DNA from: Vezdaea acicularis
Taxonomy: Eukaryota
Assembly: GCA_026025075.1 (NCBI GenBank)
Contig: JAPEUI010000081.1
Span: 1-64,000, forward strand
DNA: 64,000 bases
Direction: 5' to 3'
Below, one piece after another: positions 1-10,620 of the stretch (the stretch's first letter is position 1; the number at the start of each line of letters is the position of its first letter). The translations under genes were made by a program, and so were the position numbers. The notes below the pieces were generated by a model, which worked only from the letters and a program-made list of their open reading frames with translations, had not been told where the DNA came from and searched no databases.

Positions 1-110
1 CAATAGCCTTAAAAACATGGTCATATGATCGAACTTCAGCAGGACTAATAGGGAGGATTTGGGAGAACCAAAAGTATTGCAGATAAAGACATTGTTACTT
101 GTAAAGTGCG

Positions 111-749
111 CTACTCCTTTGGAGGCGCATTGACTCGATCTGGGACGACTGGCTGTACATCCATTACAGCCTTCAGCAGATCCTCAACAACCTTGTCGCC
201 GCTCTTCCCTCCAATCTCCTTTATGTCCTTGAGCTTGCCCTCGGCTTCCTTGTTCGCATCCTCTTCAGCCTTCTGGTTGCCACTAGTGTGCTGCTACACA
301 TGAGCTCTTATGTACAAGTGGGATAGAGAAGATGCATTGCCAACCTCGGCCTCAAATTTCTTGAACTCCTCGTCCTTTTGCTTCTTGTAATCTTCTATTT
401 CCTTTTGCGCTTCACTTCGAGCATCTTTTACTCGCTTGGTCCGGTCTGGAGACTGTCAGAATAGAGGGGCGTTCGCCTGATACTTTGCTAAACATACACT
501 CGCGAGCTGCACAATTCTTATAAGCTATGATTTTTGGAATCAAACCTCAGGGGTCTCTACCTTGCTGAACAATCTTTTGAGCGTCACGTTCCGCCTAAGC
601 AGCGCCATTAGCTATATGTCCTTGAAGGTATCATACGAGCAGATAGCTCACGTCCAGTAGCGTCTGGATCCCTGCAGAATTCTGTGCCGCCTAGTGGTAA
701 TCTGTTAGCCTAAAGGCTCGATCGATAAAATAGAGAGGTAGCTGACCAT
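111..749 (-). CDS. VMA10: V-type proton ATPase subunit G (multi-exon)
   Basis: Manual minus-strand translation: ATG at 749 followed directly by an intron, then AAQNSAGIQTLLD...AQKIVQQ...RTKRVKDARSEAQKEIEDYKKQKDEEFKKFEAE...SGNQKAEEDANKEAEGKLKDIKEIGGKSGDKVVEDLLKAVMDVQP...PPKE*. Short GT-AG introns. Confidence 0.93.
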
Positions 750-928
750 CTTGAAAATGACTCTATTTCTTCACAAATAGCAGCAAGCTGTATCAATGGA
801 AATTTGCTGGCTTCCCGAGGCACAAGAGTTGCCGATACGGAGCTGACTAAGCCAAAAGTTCCCCCATCCATTCTAGCGCCTCACGATGATTCTTGCTTCC
901 ATATCACCTAGTAGTCGATGAGGAAGCA

Positions 929-1229
929 ATGTCTCGTGCAGCAAAATTGACACTAGCTGGAACTTCAGCAATGGCCGCAGGCATTGTGATTTTCGTTCAT
1001 TATGCGCAACGGGCGGAAAAAGCTGTGAGTTCATCATCCATCACTGAGAAGTTAGATTTTCTTGCTAAACTTGGCTAAATAGGCAATGCATGCAGGTGTC
1101 ATTAGAGATATGGAGCAGCAGAAGATGAAGCAAGAACGGCAGGCCGATTTTGAGATGCAACGAGCCCTAGAGGAAGAATATCGCAAGGTGCAAACGGTTT
1201 CAGATTCGACGAGGGGCCATGGGAATTGA
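929..1229 (+). CDS. PET117: Cytochrome c oxidase assembly factor Pet117 (2 exons)
   Basis: MSRAAKLTLAGTSAMAAGIVIFVHYAQRAEKA, intron 1025-1082, AMHAGVIRDMEQQKMKQERQADFEMQRALEEEYRKVQTV. Typical PET117 'VH..Q....MH.GV.RD' pattern. Confidence 0.88.
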
Positions 1230-2086
1230 ATGGGAACAATACACCCGCCATAACATCACGTATGAATCAGGCCTTGATACCGAATTGAATGAGAAGCAAC
1301 ACCTGCTTGATGTGAAGAGTACGAGCGCTAGGAGTTGACTCCCACCTCTCTCGAGCTCATCACGCTTATGCTTGAGTAAAGGGTCGTTGTCACCACCCTC
1401 CTATCTGACAGCCCCTATCCTGCATAGAAAGCTACCGGAAACGAAATCGAAACTAACACTGGGTAACGAACGATGAGGGCTCTACGTGATTAGGTTGAAA
1501 ATTTCAAGGAAATGTACGAGGATGACGACGTGTTGCTGGTCTGGGCCAAGGAGACTGGCTTCTCCTTTGTTCCTTGTTTTGGCGTCCGCCCTTTTCAAGA
1601 GGCGTAGCTAGTGGTTCATAGAATTATCTTTCAGCTACTTATATAGTCACAAGCATTGATCGAGGAGTGTTCAGATAGTCAGACGTATGACCATGAGAGA
1701 AGCTTGAATATGTGGTAGGGATGTCTGATGTGCTCGAACAAATCACGCATTGAGAAGTCCCGGAGTACGTTTAGGTTATCGAGAGCCTATCAATCCAAGG
1801 CAACAGATGGTTTTGGGTTTCCAGTCCGGTTGTGTCATCCCGCTTTCTGCAAGGGGGCTGGGCGAATCAAACATCACGAGTGGAACACTCGAATCCGGTC
1901 TAAGCGAAGCCCTCTGCATCATCAGTGGAGTACGTACCACGTCCCACGTCCCACATGTGAAGACTTCGTCGAAGATCATCTAATGCAGTGGACACCCTTT
2001 TACTGCCAGCTTTTGAGTCACCCTTCGGCCTTCTAGCTCATCCCATCGCGGTCGCGACGCGGACTCTGGGATGAGTCTCGCCAGAA

Positions 2087-4501
2087 ATGTCGCAGACACA
2101 CCTTATGGAGGAGTCGCATTCCTTGGGGCAGATTGAGGCGGTGGAACCCAGCGGACTCCTTCACGCGATGCCTCACCCGTCTGATAACGACATTCCGCAT
2201 CCAGCCATCTCCGATCTGAAATGTTGCTGCGGCCGGACCGATTGTGCGTTCCTCAAGCACAACAATGTAGCTCTAGAAGGTCTGGAGAAGGACGTACAGA
2301 CCGCGGCGCAACTGGGTCAAGCCCTTCTTCTGCGGCACGAAGCATACATGGCGGACGCGGAAGAAGAACGTCGGAAGGTCCACGCAACGATAGAGCAGCT
2401 GGAAAGCGACAAGCGGGTTCTGGAGGTTGCAAATGCAAAGACGATCGAGGAGAACAGAAGTTTGCTGGACCAACTCGAAGATCTCAACAACGGCGTCTCC
2501 GAAAGTGATGCAATAATCAAGTCGCTGGAAGCCACGCTTCAGTACACTCAGAGAGAAGTCCAACGCCTCACAGCATTGGCGGAGAAGACGACTCTGCTGG
2601 AGGTGCAGCTCTCGAACCTAGAGCAGGAACAAGCTAGTCTACAGAGGGAGCTTGTGACTACTAAGGAGGAGGAGAGGTCGGTCATGCAGCGATGGAAGAG
2701 GGCAGAGCGGATGATCAGCGACCTGCAGGATCAGATCGAGCGGATCGAGCAAGAGGCTCGAGAGGAGCGCGAGAGGCATGTCGAAGTTGTTGGGCGTCTC
2801 GAGAGACGGAGAGTAGTCGAGAGGGAGTTGGAGAGCGCGGCGGGACGACTGAAAGGTGCGGCGGCTGCCACGAGTCTCACGAAGGGAAACGATGCCAGCA
2901 ACGTCGTGTCACACTTTGTCAAGGATATCCTGCAGGACAACGCCAACCTCCAGCTTGGTATTGTTGAGCTGCGGGACATGCTGCTCACTTCGAACGACGA
3001 GGTCCAGCTTCTCCGGGAACAACTCCTGCTCCACCGCCCCATTGGGTCTGATGGCAAGGACGCCACTCAACCGGGAGATCTCCAGAGAGAGCTCGGGCTT
3101 GACACGGCGCAGGTCGTCTCTCAGGAGCTGCACATTCACCACCATTACCACCCTCCCGCTCAGCCTGTCGACTCGCCGCTAAGAGACCGACCCCAAGAGC
3201 GACCCCAACTCCGCCGCCCAAAGAAGAAGCGCAACATCATCACACCCGCGCTCTTCAACCCACCCCGCTATGGTGCCTCTTCTCCTACTCCCCAACCTCG
3301 ATCGATCCAGCCCGCCCTCTCCACAACCGCCTCGACCATCCTCAGCCAGACATCCGTCACAATACCCCCCCACAGCCCCCCCACGCCGTCTCCCCACCGC
3401 TGGTCCACAACAAGCACCCGCACGCAGCCGTCTTCTTTCGCCAGCTCCCCCCAATCCGCCCACAGGAGCTCCTCGATCTTTGACCGCGCCTTTACAGACA
3501 CGACGCTCGACTCCTCGCGGCCGACAAGCCCCGAGTCCAGCACCGCCGACATATCCCCCCTCTTCCCGCCACAACACCACCGCAAGAAGAGCTCTAGCAA
3601 CAGCTGGCGGGGCTTCAGCACCCCAAATCCCTTTCAACCGCCGAGCAGGAGCGTGGTCGCGCCTCCACAGCCGTCAACAACGCTCTACTCTACAGCGGAA
3701 GAGGTTGACGACGGGGAGATTACCGACCTGGACATTGCGCCCAGCGGTCACGCCAACGCCGCACAGTCCCCCACCACCGACCGCGACATCGTCCTATCAA
3801 TCGACTCGGAACCAGACCCCACCATCTCAAGTCCATCCACCCCCTTCGACCCCACAGCAACCTTCCGCGCACGCCCTCACCTCCACCGCTCCAGTTCGCA
3901 CGACTCTCTCCTCTCCATCTCAGGCATGGATATCCACCTCCCCCTGCCCCCTCTCCGCCACAAACCCTCCTTCGCGCCCGCAACCCCCTCTACAGCACTC
4001 ACCGACCTCTCCACCACCACCATAGCCGCTTCCGCGCGGCCCGTTCTCGTTGGGAGGAGTACTCAACGGCTGCTTTCGCTGCAGCTGGCGAGTCAGGGGT
4101 GTTACTCCTCGAGCCCTCGCGCGGTCCCGAATGAGACGTCACCGCGTCAATTGGGCATCGGCGAGCGCCTTAATGGATGGGTCTTGGGTCGCTGGGGCGC
4201 TACTCCTGCCTCTTCCTCCTCCAGCACGTCTGCGTCCTGTACCACCCCCACCTCATCGATCATCCCAGCCTCCCCCCTCTCCACTTCCCTCCCCCCCCAG
4301 TCCCAAGAACAACCCCCTCACCCCCTCCGCAGACCCCCTGGCGTGAACCAACCCGGCCCAATCCCCGAACTCGCCCATCTCCTCCTCCTGCGTGCCAACG
4401 CCAACGCCAACGCCGCTACAGCGCGGAAAACACCGCGCGCGGTAAAAATGACGAGAGAGCTGGATGCTGAGGCGCTTAGGGAGAGTTTGGAGGGGGTTTG
4501 A
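2087..4501 (+). CDS. Uncharacterised 804-aa protein: N-terminal CCCGxxxC motif, long coiled coil, disordered Ser/Pro-rich C-terminus
   Basis: Single long ORF. Heptad-rich helical region at about aa 55-315, with an AAQLGQALL motif at its start. Confidence 0.85.
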   Translation: MSQTHLMEESHSLGQIEAVEPSGLLHAMPHPSDNDIPHPAISDLKCCCGRTDCAFLKHNNVALEGLEKDVQTAAQLGQALLLRHEAYMADAEEERRKVHATIEQLESDKRVLEVANAKTIEENRSLLDQLEDLNNGVSESDAIIKSLEATLQYTQREVQRLTALAEKTTLLEVQLSNLEQEQASLQRELVTTKEEERSVMQRWKRAERMISDLQDQIERIEQEAREERERHVEVVGRLERRRVVERELESAAGRLKGAAAATSLTKGNDASNVVSHFVKDILQDNANLQLGIVELRDMLLTSNDEVQLLREQLLLHRPIGSDGKDATQPGDLQRELGLDTAQVVSQELHIHHHYHPPAQPVDSPLRDRPQERPQLRRPKKKRNIITPALFNPPRYGASSPTPQPRSIQPALSTTASTILSQTSVTIPPHSPPTPSPHRWSTTSTRTQPSSFASSPQSAHRSSSIFDRAFTDTTLDSSRPTSPESSTADISPLFPPQHHRKKSSSNSWRGFSTPNPFQPPSRSVVAPPQPSTTLYSTAEEVDDGEITDLDIAPSGHANAAQSPTTDRDIVLSIDSEPDPTISSPSTPFDPTATFRARPHLHRSSSHDSLLSISGMDIHLPLPPLRHKPSFAPATPSTALTDLSTTTIAASARPVLVGRSTQRLLSLQLASQGCYSSSPRAVPNETSPRQLGIGERLNGWVLGRWGATPASSSSSTSASCTTPTSSIIPASPLSTSLPPQSQEQPPHPLRRPPGVNQPGPIPELAHLLLLRANANANAATARKTPRAVKMTRELDAEALRESLEGV

Positions 4502-6245
4502 TGCGTTTGGTGATGAGGATATGTTGGAGGGGGGATGGAGGGGATGGATGGGAAATGAGTGGAGGAGGAGGAGGAGAAGAAGGAGAGGAGAAGGAGAAGA
4601 AGGAGAGGAGAGGAGGAGAACGATACTGCCGTTTTTACCCCAGTAACAAGACTTGGGAATTTGACACGCAGAACAGGACAGGACAGGAGTTTTGGAATCC
4701 CGCCCCGCCGGATACTAGACAGTTTTAGATATGATACCCCCCCCCCCTCCCCACTGTTACCCATCACAATTACCCCCTTTTCTTTCCCTCTTTCCTTCCC
4801 TCCTCCCTTCCTCCCTCCTCTCCCCTTTTCTTTCCTAGATCAGGGCTCATTCATGGAATCTCTCCAGTATGACTTAGGGCTTTAGATTCTCAATCCAGAC
4901 GTCTGTAGTCTGTATATGATATCGATGATATCCACAAGATTCACAGGATTTATGATTATAGTGAAGTAAGACACAACACGCAATACGCACGCACGATCCA
5001 GGATCCAGGATTCAAGTTCAACCGAAAGTTCAAACAGTATTCGCATTCTCATTCGCATTCTCATTCTCATTCTTAATTTCTATCAATTTACAGCGCCCGA
5101 AGGGCCAGCCAGCCAGCCATGCCAGCCTACTTCTCTCCCCGTCCCCGTCCCTCTCTCTCCGCCTTCGCCTACAGCCCCCTTTCTCAAGTATCTCAAGTAT
5201 CTCGACCATCTCTCACAATTATCTAAACACCACTCCCGGACCCTGCTCCCCGCGGTATTCGGTATCCGATATCCGATATCCGGTGTCCGGCACTGCCATA
5301 ACCCCCCTTCCCCTCCACATCCATCCATCCTATCTCCGCCACTCCTCCCCAGAACACAAAACAGAAAAGCAAATAAAAATTGCCAAGCACGCACGAATCC
5401 GACCCCCCACCCCAGCGGCAGCGGCAGCGAAGAAGAGCCAAGAAGAGAGAGTGAAAAAAAGATGCAACAATTCGCGCGAAGATACGAGGAGGAGAAATAC
5501 ATGGGATTACAGAAAAGAAAAGAAGGAAGAAGAGGACGCAAAAAAGAGAAGAAAAGGAAGGTTATGCTAAGCTAGGTTCAACGCCGCCTTTTCATTATGT
5601 TCGATCGATCGATGAATCAGATCAGTCGATTAATCGATTTCGATGGGTGGATGGCTCGATGAATAGATCGATTGAGGAATCGATTGAGGAATCAACGCAG
5701 TAACCCCCCTACCCCTGGTCCCATCCCTCCCGTGCTAGAGAAGAAGAAGAAGAAGAAAGAAGAAGACAGAGCCAAAGCCCATCCATCCATCCATTCGCCA
5801 AAGACGCCGTCGTACACGAGGAGGTCCTCCTTCCCCGCCCACAAATCCAGCCAGCCAACCTCTCAAGCTAGCCTGTCCCCGGCGTCTCATTTCCATTTCC
5901 GTTCCCATTTCCGTTTGCGTACTAGCTACAATGATGATGATGATGTTGTTGTTGTTTGTTCGAGTCGAGGATGAAGAGGGAGGAGGAAAGAGAGAAGGCG
6001 GTAATGAGGTTGGAAGTCGCCGGGAGCGGGGGGAAGGTTGATGAGGCGTGAGAAGAAACAAAAAAGGAGGCGGATGGGGCGGGGCGGGTGGACAGACGGA
6101 GCGAGGCGGATTTAACTGCTATGAGCGCGCAAGAGGAGCTGTGTACCCGAAATGACAAAGTCGTTAATACAGGATGAAGTTTGCGGAAACAAAGGAGCGG
6201 GAAAAATTAGAGAGATGGATGGATTGATGGATGGATGAATGGATT
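4502..6245. repeat. Low-complexity, microsatellite-rich intergenic region between convergent genes
   Basis: (GGA)n/(AGA)n runs at 4561-4620, polypyrimidine tract at 4737-4835, (ATTCKC)n at about 5039-5073, ATCG repeats at 5602-5690, (GAT)n(GTT)n at 5932-5955, (GATG)n at 6213-6250. Confidence 0.8.
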
Positions 6246-6252
6246 GATAGAA

Positions 6253-9200
6253 TCACTGGACGACGCAAGTAGCAGAGGAGGAGGAAGAAGTCTCAGCACT
6301 AACCCGATCCAGCCCATCACCCGACTCCGGGCCCATAGTAGCAGGCTGCCCCTCCCCAGGCACCTTCAACGCCGCCGCCGCACCCCCCGCCATCGGCGAG
6401 CCAAGGGACCCATCCTCTTCAAGACCCGTGCCCGTCGTAAACGCCCTCCCCTCAATCACCGGCCTCAGCAGGCCCTCATCCTTCTCGCTCAGCTTCTTAG
6501 AGGGGACGAGCACGCGCGGCTCCTCGGCGGCGGCGCCGCGCATCTCCTTGCTGCGCTCCAGCAGCTTGCCGCCGAGTGTCGCGCACTTGTTGATCGTCTG
6601 GATCAGGTGATTTGGTTTTAGGGGTTTGGTTAGGTATTCGTCCATTTGGGCTTGGATGCAGCGTTCGCGGTCGCCGAGCATAGCGTGGGCGGTCAGCGCG
6701 ATGATAGGGGAGCGCGTCAGGCCCATCGAGCCTTCGTATTCGCGGATGTTGCCGGTGGCTTCGAAGCCGCCCTGGGGGGTGAAGGGTGTTAGTCTTTTTG
6801 AAGGAAAGAAAGGGAAGGACAGAGGTAGGAGCATCCTCTTGTACAGGCAGTCTGTACATTGGAATACATCAAAATTTTACTCACCATTACCGGCATCTGC
6901 ACGTCCATCAATATAACGTCGAAGCGCTTCTCCTTGATCGCCTCGAGCGCCTTGAGACCGTTATCAACAACCGTGACGCGGTGCTTGAACTTCTCCAGAA
7001 TCTTGACCGCGAGCTTCTGGTTCACGGAGTTGTCCTCCGCCAGCAGAATATCAAAGGACTTGGCAGTGTCGGCGTACTCTGGCGTAGCCCGACTCTCCAG
7101 CGCCGGTATCATCGAGTTGCCGAGATCTACGGGATGGCAGGGCGTTGTCATGTACGACGAGATGCCCAGGTCGAGCGCCGTCTTCAGACTGATGGATATG
7201 ACCGGAGCCAAGAGCACGAGTGGGATATTCCTAAAGCAGTCGACCGTCCGTATCTTCTTGGCTGTGTCGACCGAATCGATCAGAATCGCGTCGTATGCGA
7301 TTGCGGTATCGCATTGAGGAACCTGCGACTCAGTCGAGATGACTGTTGGGTTCAGATTGAGAAGCCTTAGCATAGCAGCAATCTGCTCTCCAAAATCGGT
7401 ATGCATCTTGTCGACAAAGAGAATCTTGTGGTCAAAGTATGGCATAAGCTTTGCACCGATGACCGAGAGATCGGACGTCGCAAGTCTCGTAACACAGGTG
7501 AAATAGAATACGCTCCCTTCATCAACTACGCTCTCGACCCATAAATCGCCACCCATGAGATTCACCAGTCGCTTCGAGATGGTCAGTCCTAGCCCGGTAC
7601 CACCGAATCTGCGCGTGGTGGAGCCATCGGCTTGTTGGAAGGTATCGAAGATCAGATCCAGCTTGTCCACCGGTATTCCAATGCCCGTGTCTCGCACGGC
7701 AAACTCAAAGCGGTACTCGTTGTTCGCGCAATCCGCCTGTGACTTTGCCGGCCGGATGCTGACTTCGATCCCTCCTTGCTCCGTGAACTTCGTCGCATTG
7801 CCAACAAGATTGATAATGACTTGACGGAGACGGAAGGCGTCCCCAACGACATGATCCGGTACCTTTGCGTCAACGTAATAGGTAAGATCCAGCATCTTCT
7901 CGTTCGCTTTCACGGCGAGGGTCTTGAGTGCACTAAACACTGCACCCCTCAGCGAGAATGGGATCTCCTCTAGCTCCATCCGGTTCGCTTCAATCTTCGA
8001 GATATCCAGGATGTCGTCGATGATTGTAAGCAGACTATTCGCCAGGCTGAAGACGATGTTCAGCATCTCACGTTGATACTGGGTCAAGTCGGTATCGAGA
8101 GTGAGTTGCGTCATGCCGATGATCCCGTTCATGGGCGTCCGAATCTCGTGAGACATGTTGGCCAAGAACTCTGATTTCGTCCTGTTCGCAAGCTCAGCCG
8201 CTTCTCGAGCGGCGGTGTTCCTCTGGATACTCTCTCGAAGATTCAGAATCATCTGGTTGATCTTGCGCTTCAGGTCGTCCATCTCACCGGACGCATTGAC
8301 CATGATGATACTTGTAAAATCGCCGTCGGTTGCAGCGCTTGTAATGTCTCCAAACGCGCGGACTTGAGACGTCAGGTTCATGGCCATAGTATTCACGTCC
8401 GTTGTAATTTCTTTCCAGAGACCCTCGATGCCTTCTACGTTCGCCTGACCCCCCATCTTTCCGTCGACTCCCACGTCCCGAGCCACTCGCTTCACCTCGC
8501 TGGAGAACATGGCCAAACGATCCACCATGTTGTTGATGGTCTCTTTCAACAGCGCAATCTCTCCAGCCGCATGGACGTCGATCTTCTGACTCATGTCGCC
8601 ACTTGAGACAGCATTATCATCAGTAGCCCTTCCAAAATGAGGTTGTAGACGCAGAAACATACCTTGCAATAGCCTGCGTGACCTTCGAGATTCCTCTCAC
8701 CTGAGCCGTGAGGTTCTGCGCCATGATGTTGACGTTTTCTGTGAGGTCTTTCCATTTCCCTTCGACATTGTCTACTTTCGCCTGTCCGCCCAGAGTCCCC
8801 TCCGTACCGACCTCGCGCGCGACTTTGCTGACCTCAAAGGCGAATGTTCCGAGCCGGTCCACCATAGTATTGATAGTGTTCTTCAGATCCAGAATCTCTC
8901 CTTGTACAGGCACTCGGATCTTCTTGCTCAGGTCACCATTCGCCACCTACACATGAATCTAATTAGCTTGTCAATGTGACACAAAAGGGGACGGTTCCTT
9001 CTTACAGCCGTCGTTACTTTGGCAATCTCTCGCACTTGCGTCGTCAGGTTCATGGCCATGCCGTTGACGTTCTCCGTCAAGTCTCTCCACGTGCCCTCCA
9101 CGTCATGCACCGTTGCTTGACCTCCCAGCTGCCCTTCCGTGCCCACCTCTCGAGCGATCTTGGTGACTTCATGTGCGAACTGCTGCAGTTGGTCGACCAT

Positions 9201-10620
9201 GGAGTTGATCGTCGACTTCAGCTCGAAGATCTCACCCTTGCATTCCGCCTTTACTTTCTGGGACAGATCGCCTTTTGCGACGGCCGTCGTGACTGCGGCG
9301 ATGTCTCGCACTTGTGTTGTGAGGTTGTTCGCCATGGCGTTGACGTTGATTGTAAGATCGTTCCACATCCCTTGCACCCCTTCAATGGCAGCCTGTCCTC
9401 CGAGTACGCCCTCGGTACCCACGTCGCGGGCAACTCTCGTCACCTCTGTGGCGAACTTTCGTAGTTGGTCTACCATCGTATTGATCGTCTGCTGTAGTTG
9501 AAGGATCTCGCCCTGGGCTGGAATGTGAATCTTGTGACCCAGGTCGCCGTGTGCTACTGCTGTGGTAACGGAAGCAATCTCTCGCACTTGATCCGTCAAG
9601 TTTTTGGCCATTACGTTGACTGTAAAGAGTGAGTTAGCATTACCCCTCATGTTTCAACCCATGGCAGGAGCCAAACAGCTTACCGTTCTCTGTAAGCTCT
9701 TTCCATGTCCCACCGACGCCGGTTATCTGAGCCTGCCCACCCAGTCGCCCTTCCGTTCCCACCTCTCTGGCGACTCGAGACACCTCACTCGCAAAGACTT
9801 GCAGCTGGTCCATCATCGTGTTGATCGTTTGCTTGAAGGTCGTGATCTCGGGATCAATCTCCATCGAGTGGATCAGCACTTTCTGGCTCAGATCACCTCT
9901 CGCCACCGCCGTGATGATCTGCCCGATTTCCCTCAAGACCTTCTGGAACGCCTCGTTCGCCTGTTGATTCTTGTACAGCTCCCTCTCCAGATTCTGCACC
10001 CTCCCCGCCTCGCACTCCTTGACCTGTTTCAGGGCCTCTGCGGTCTTGTTCGTTTGCGAGGAGAGGTCGAGATTGAGACTCGCGAGCTGTGCTTTTTGGT
10101 TTTGAATCTGCTCTGATTGCTGGTTGACATGGTCTCGAAGGTATCCAAACTCCTCCGCCGTGATGTGTTGTGGCAGATCGCGACTCCCATTGAGAGAGTC
10201 CTTAGGGGCAAGTATCGAGTTCAGTAGGGAAGTGCCCCTATCCGCGGCAGACAGACGGTTGGGTCGTTGTAAGCGCAACGGCTGTGGATCTGGCGACCGT
10301 GACAGATTCTCCGGGACCCCTTCCCATGCGTAATCGAGCCCATTCTCATTCGGGGTATCTGGTAATGTGTGATGGTTGGCTGCCGCCGCTTTGGCCTCCA
10401 GGTACCGGACCCGCGAGACCAGGGCAGCAATCTCGGATTCAAGTTCATGCTTTGCATCGGATTCTTCACCAGGAAGTAAGATCTTCTGCGACGGTATGGG
10501 ACCGTTGACGATGTCTGAAAGAGGTAAGTGTGATGCTGGGGCAGCTTGCTTGGTAGTCCTACCCTTGGCCAACGACCGCAAGACTGCAGCCGTCGCCGCG
10601 AACGCAGCCTCGTCCGGCAT
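6253..10620 (-). CDS. NIK1: Group III hybrid histidine kinase (OS-1/Nik1), about 5 exons
   Basis: Six HAMP repeats (AVAxGDLSxKI...LGGQA), H-box [20 protein letters not shown] boxes ([25 protein letters not shown]), receiver ILLAEDN...[10 protein letters not shown]...PIIALTAHA...DEYLTKP. Introns near 9682-9621, 9005-8948, 8662-8602 and 6884-6772. Confidence 0.97.

Noticed and set aside
4318..6158. Many 60-150 aa ORFs in the low-complexity intergenic region
   Set aside because: They translate simple repeats (poly-E, R, S, K) with no consistent coding signal.
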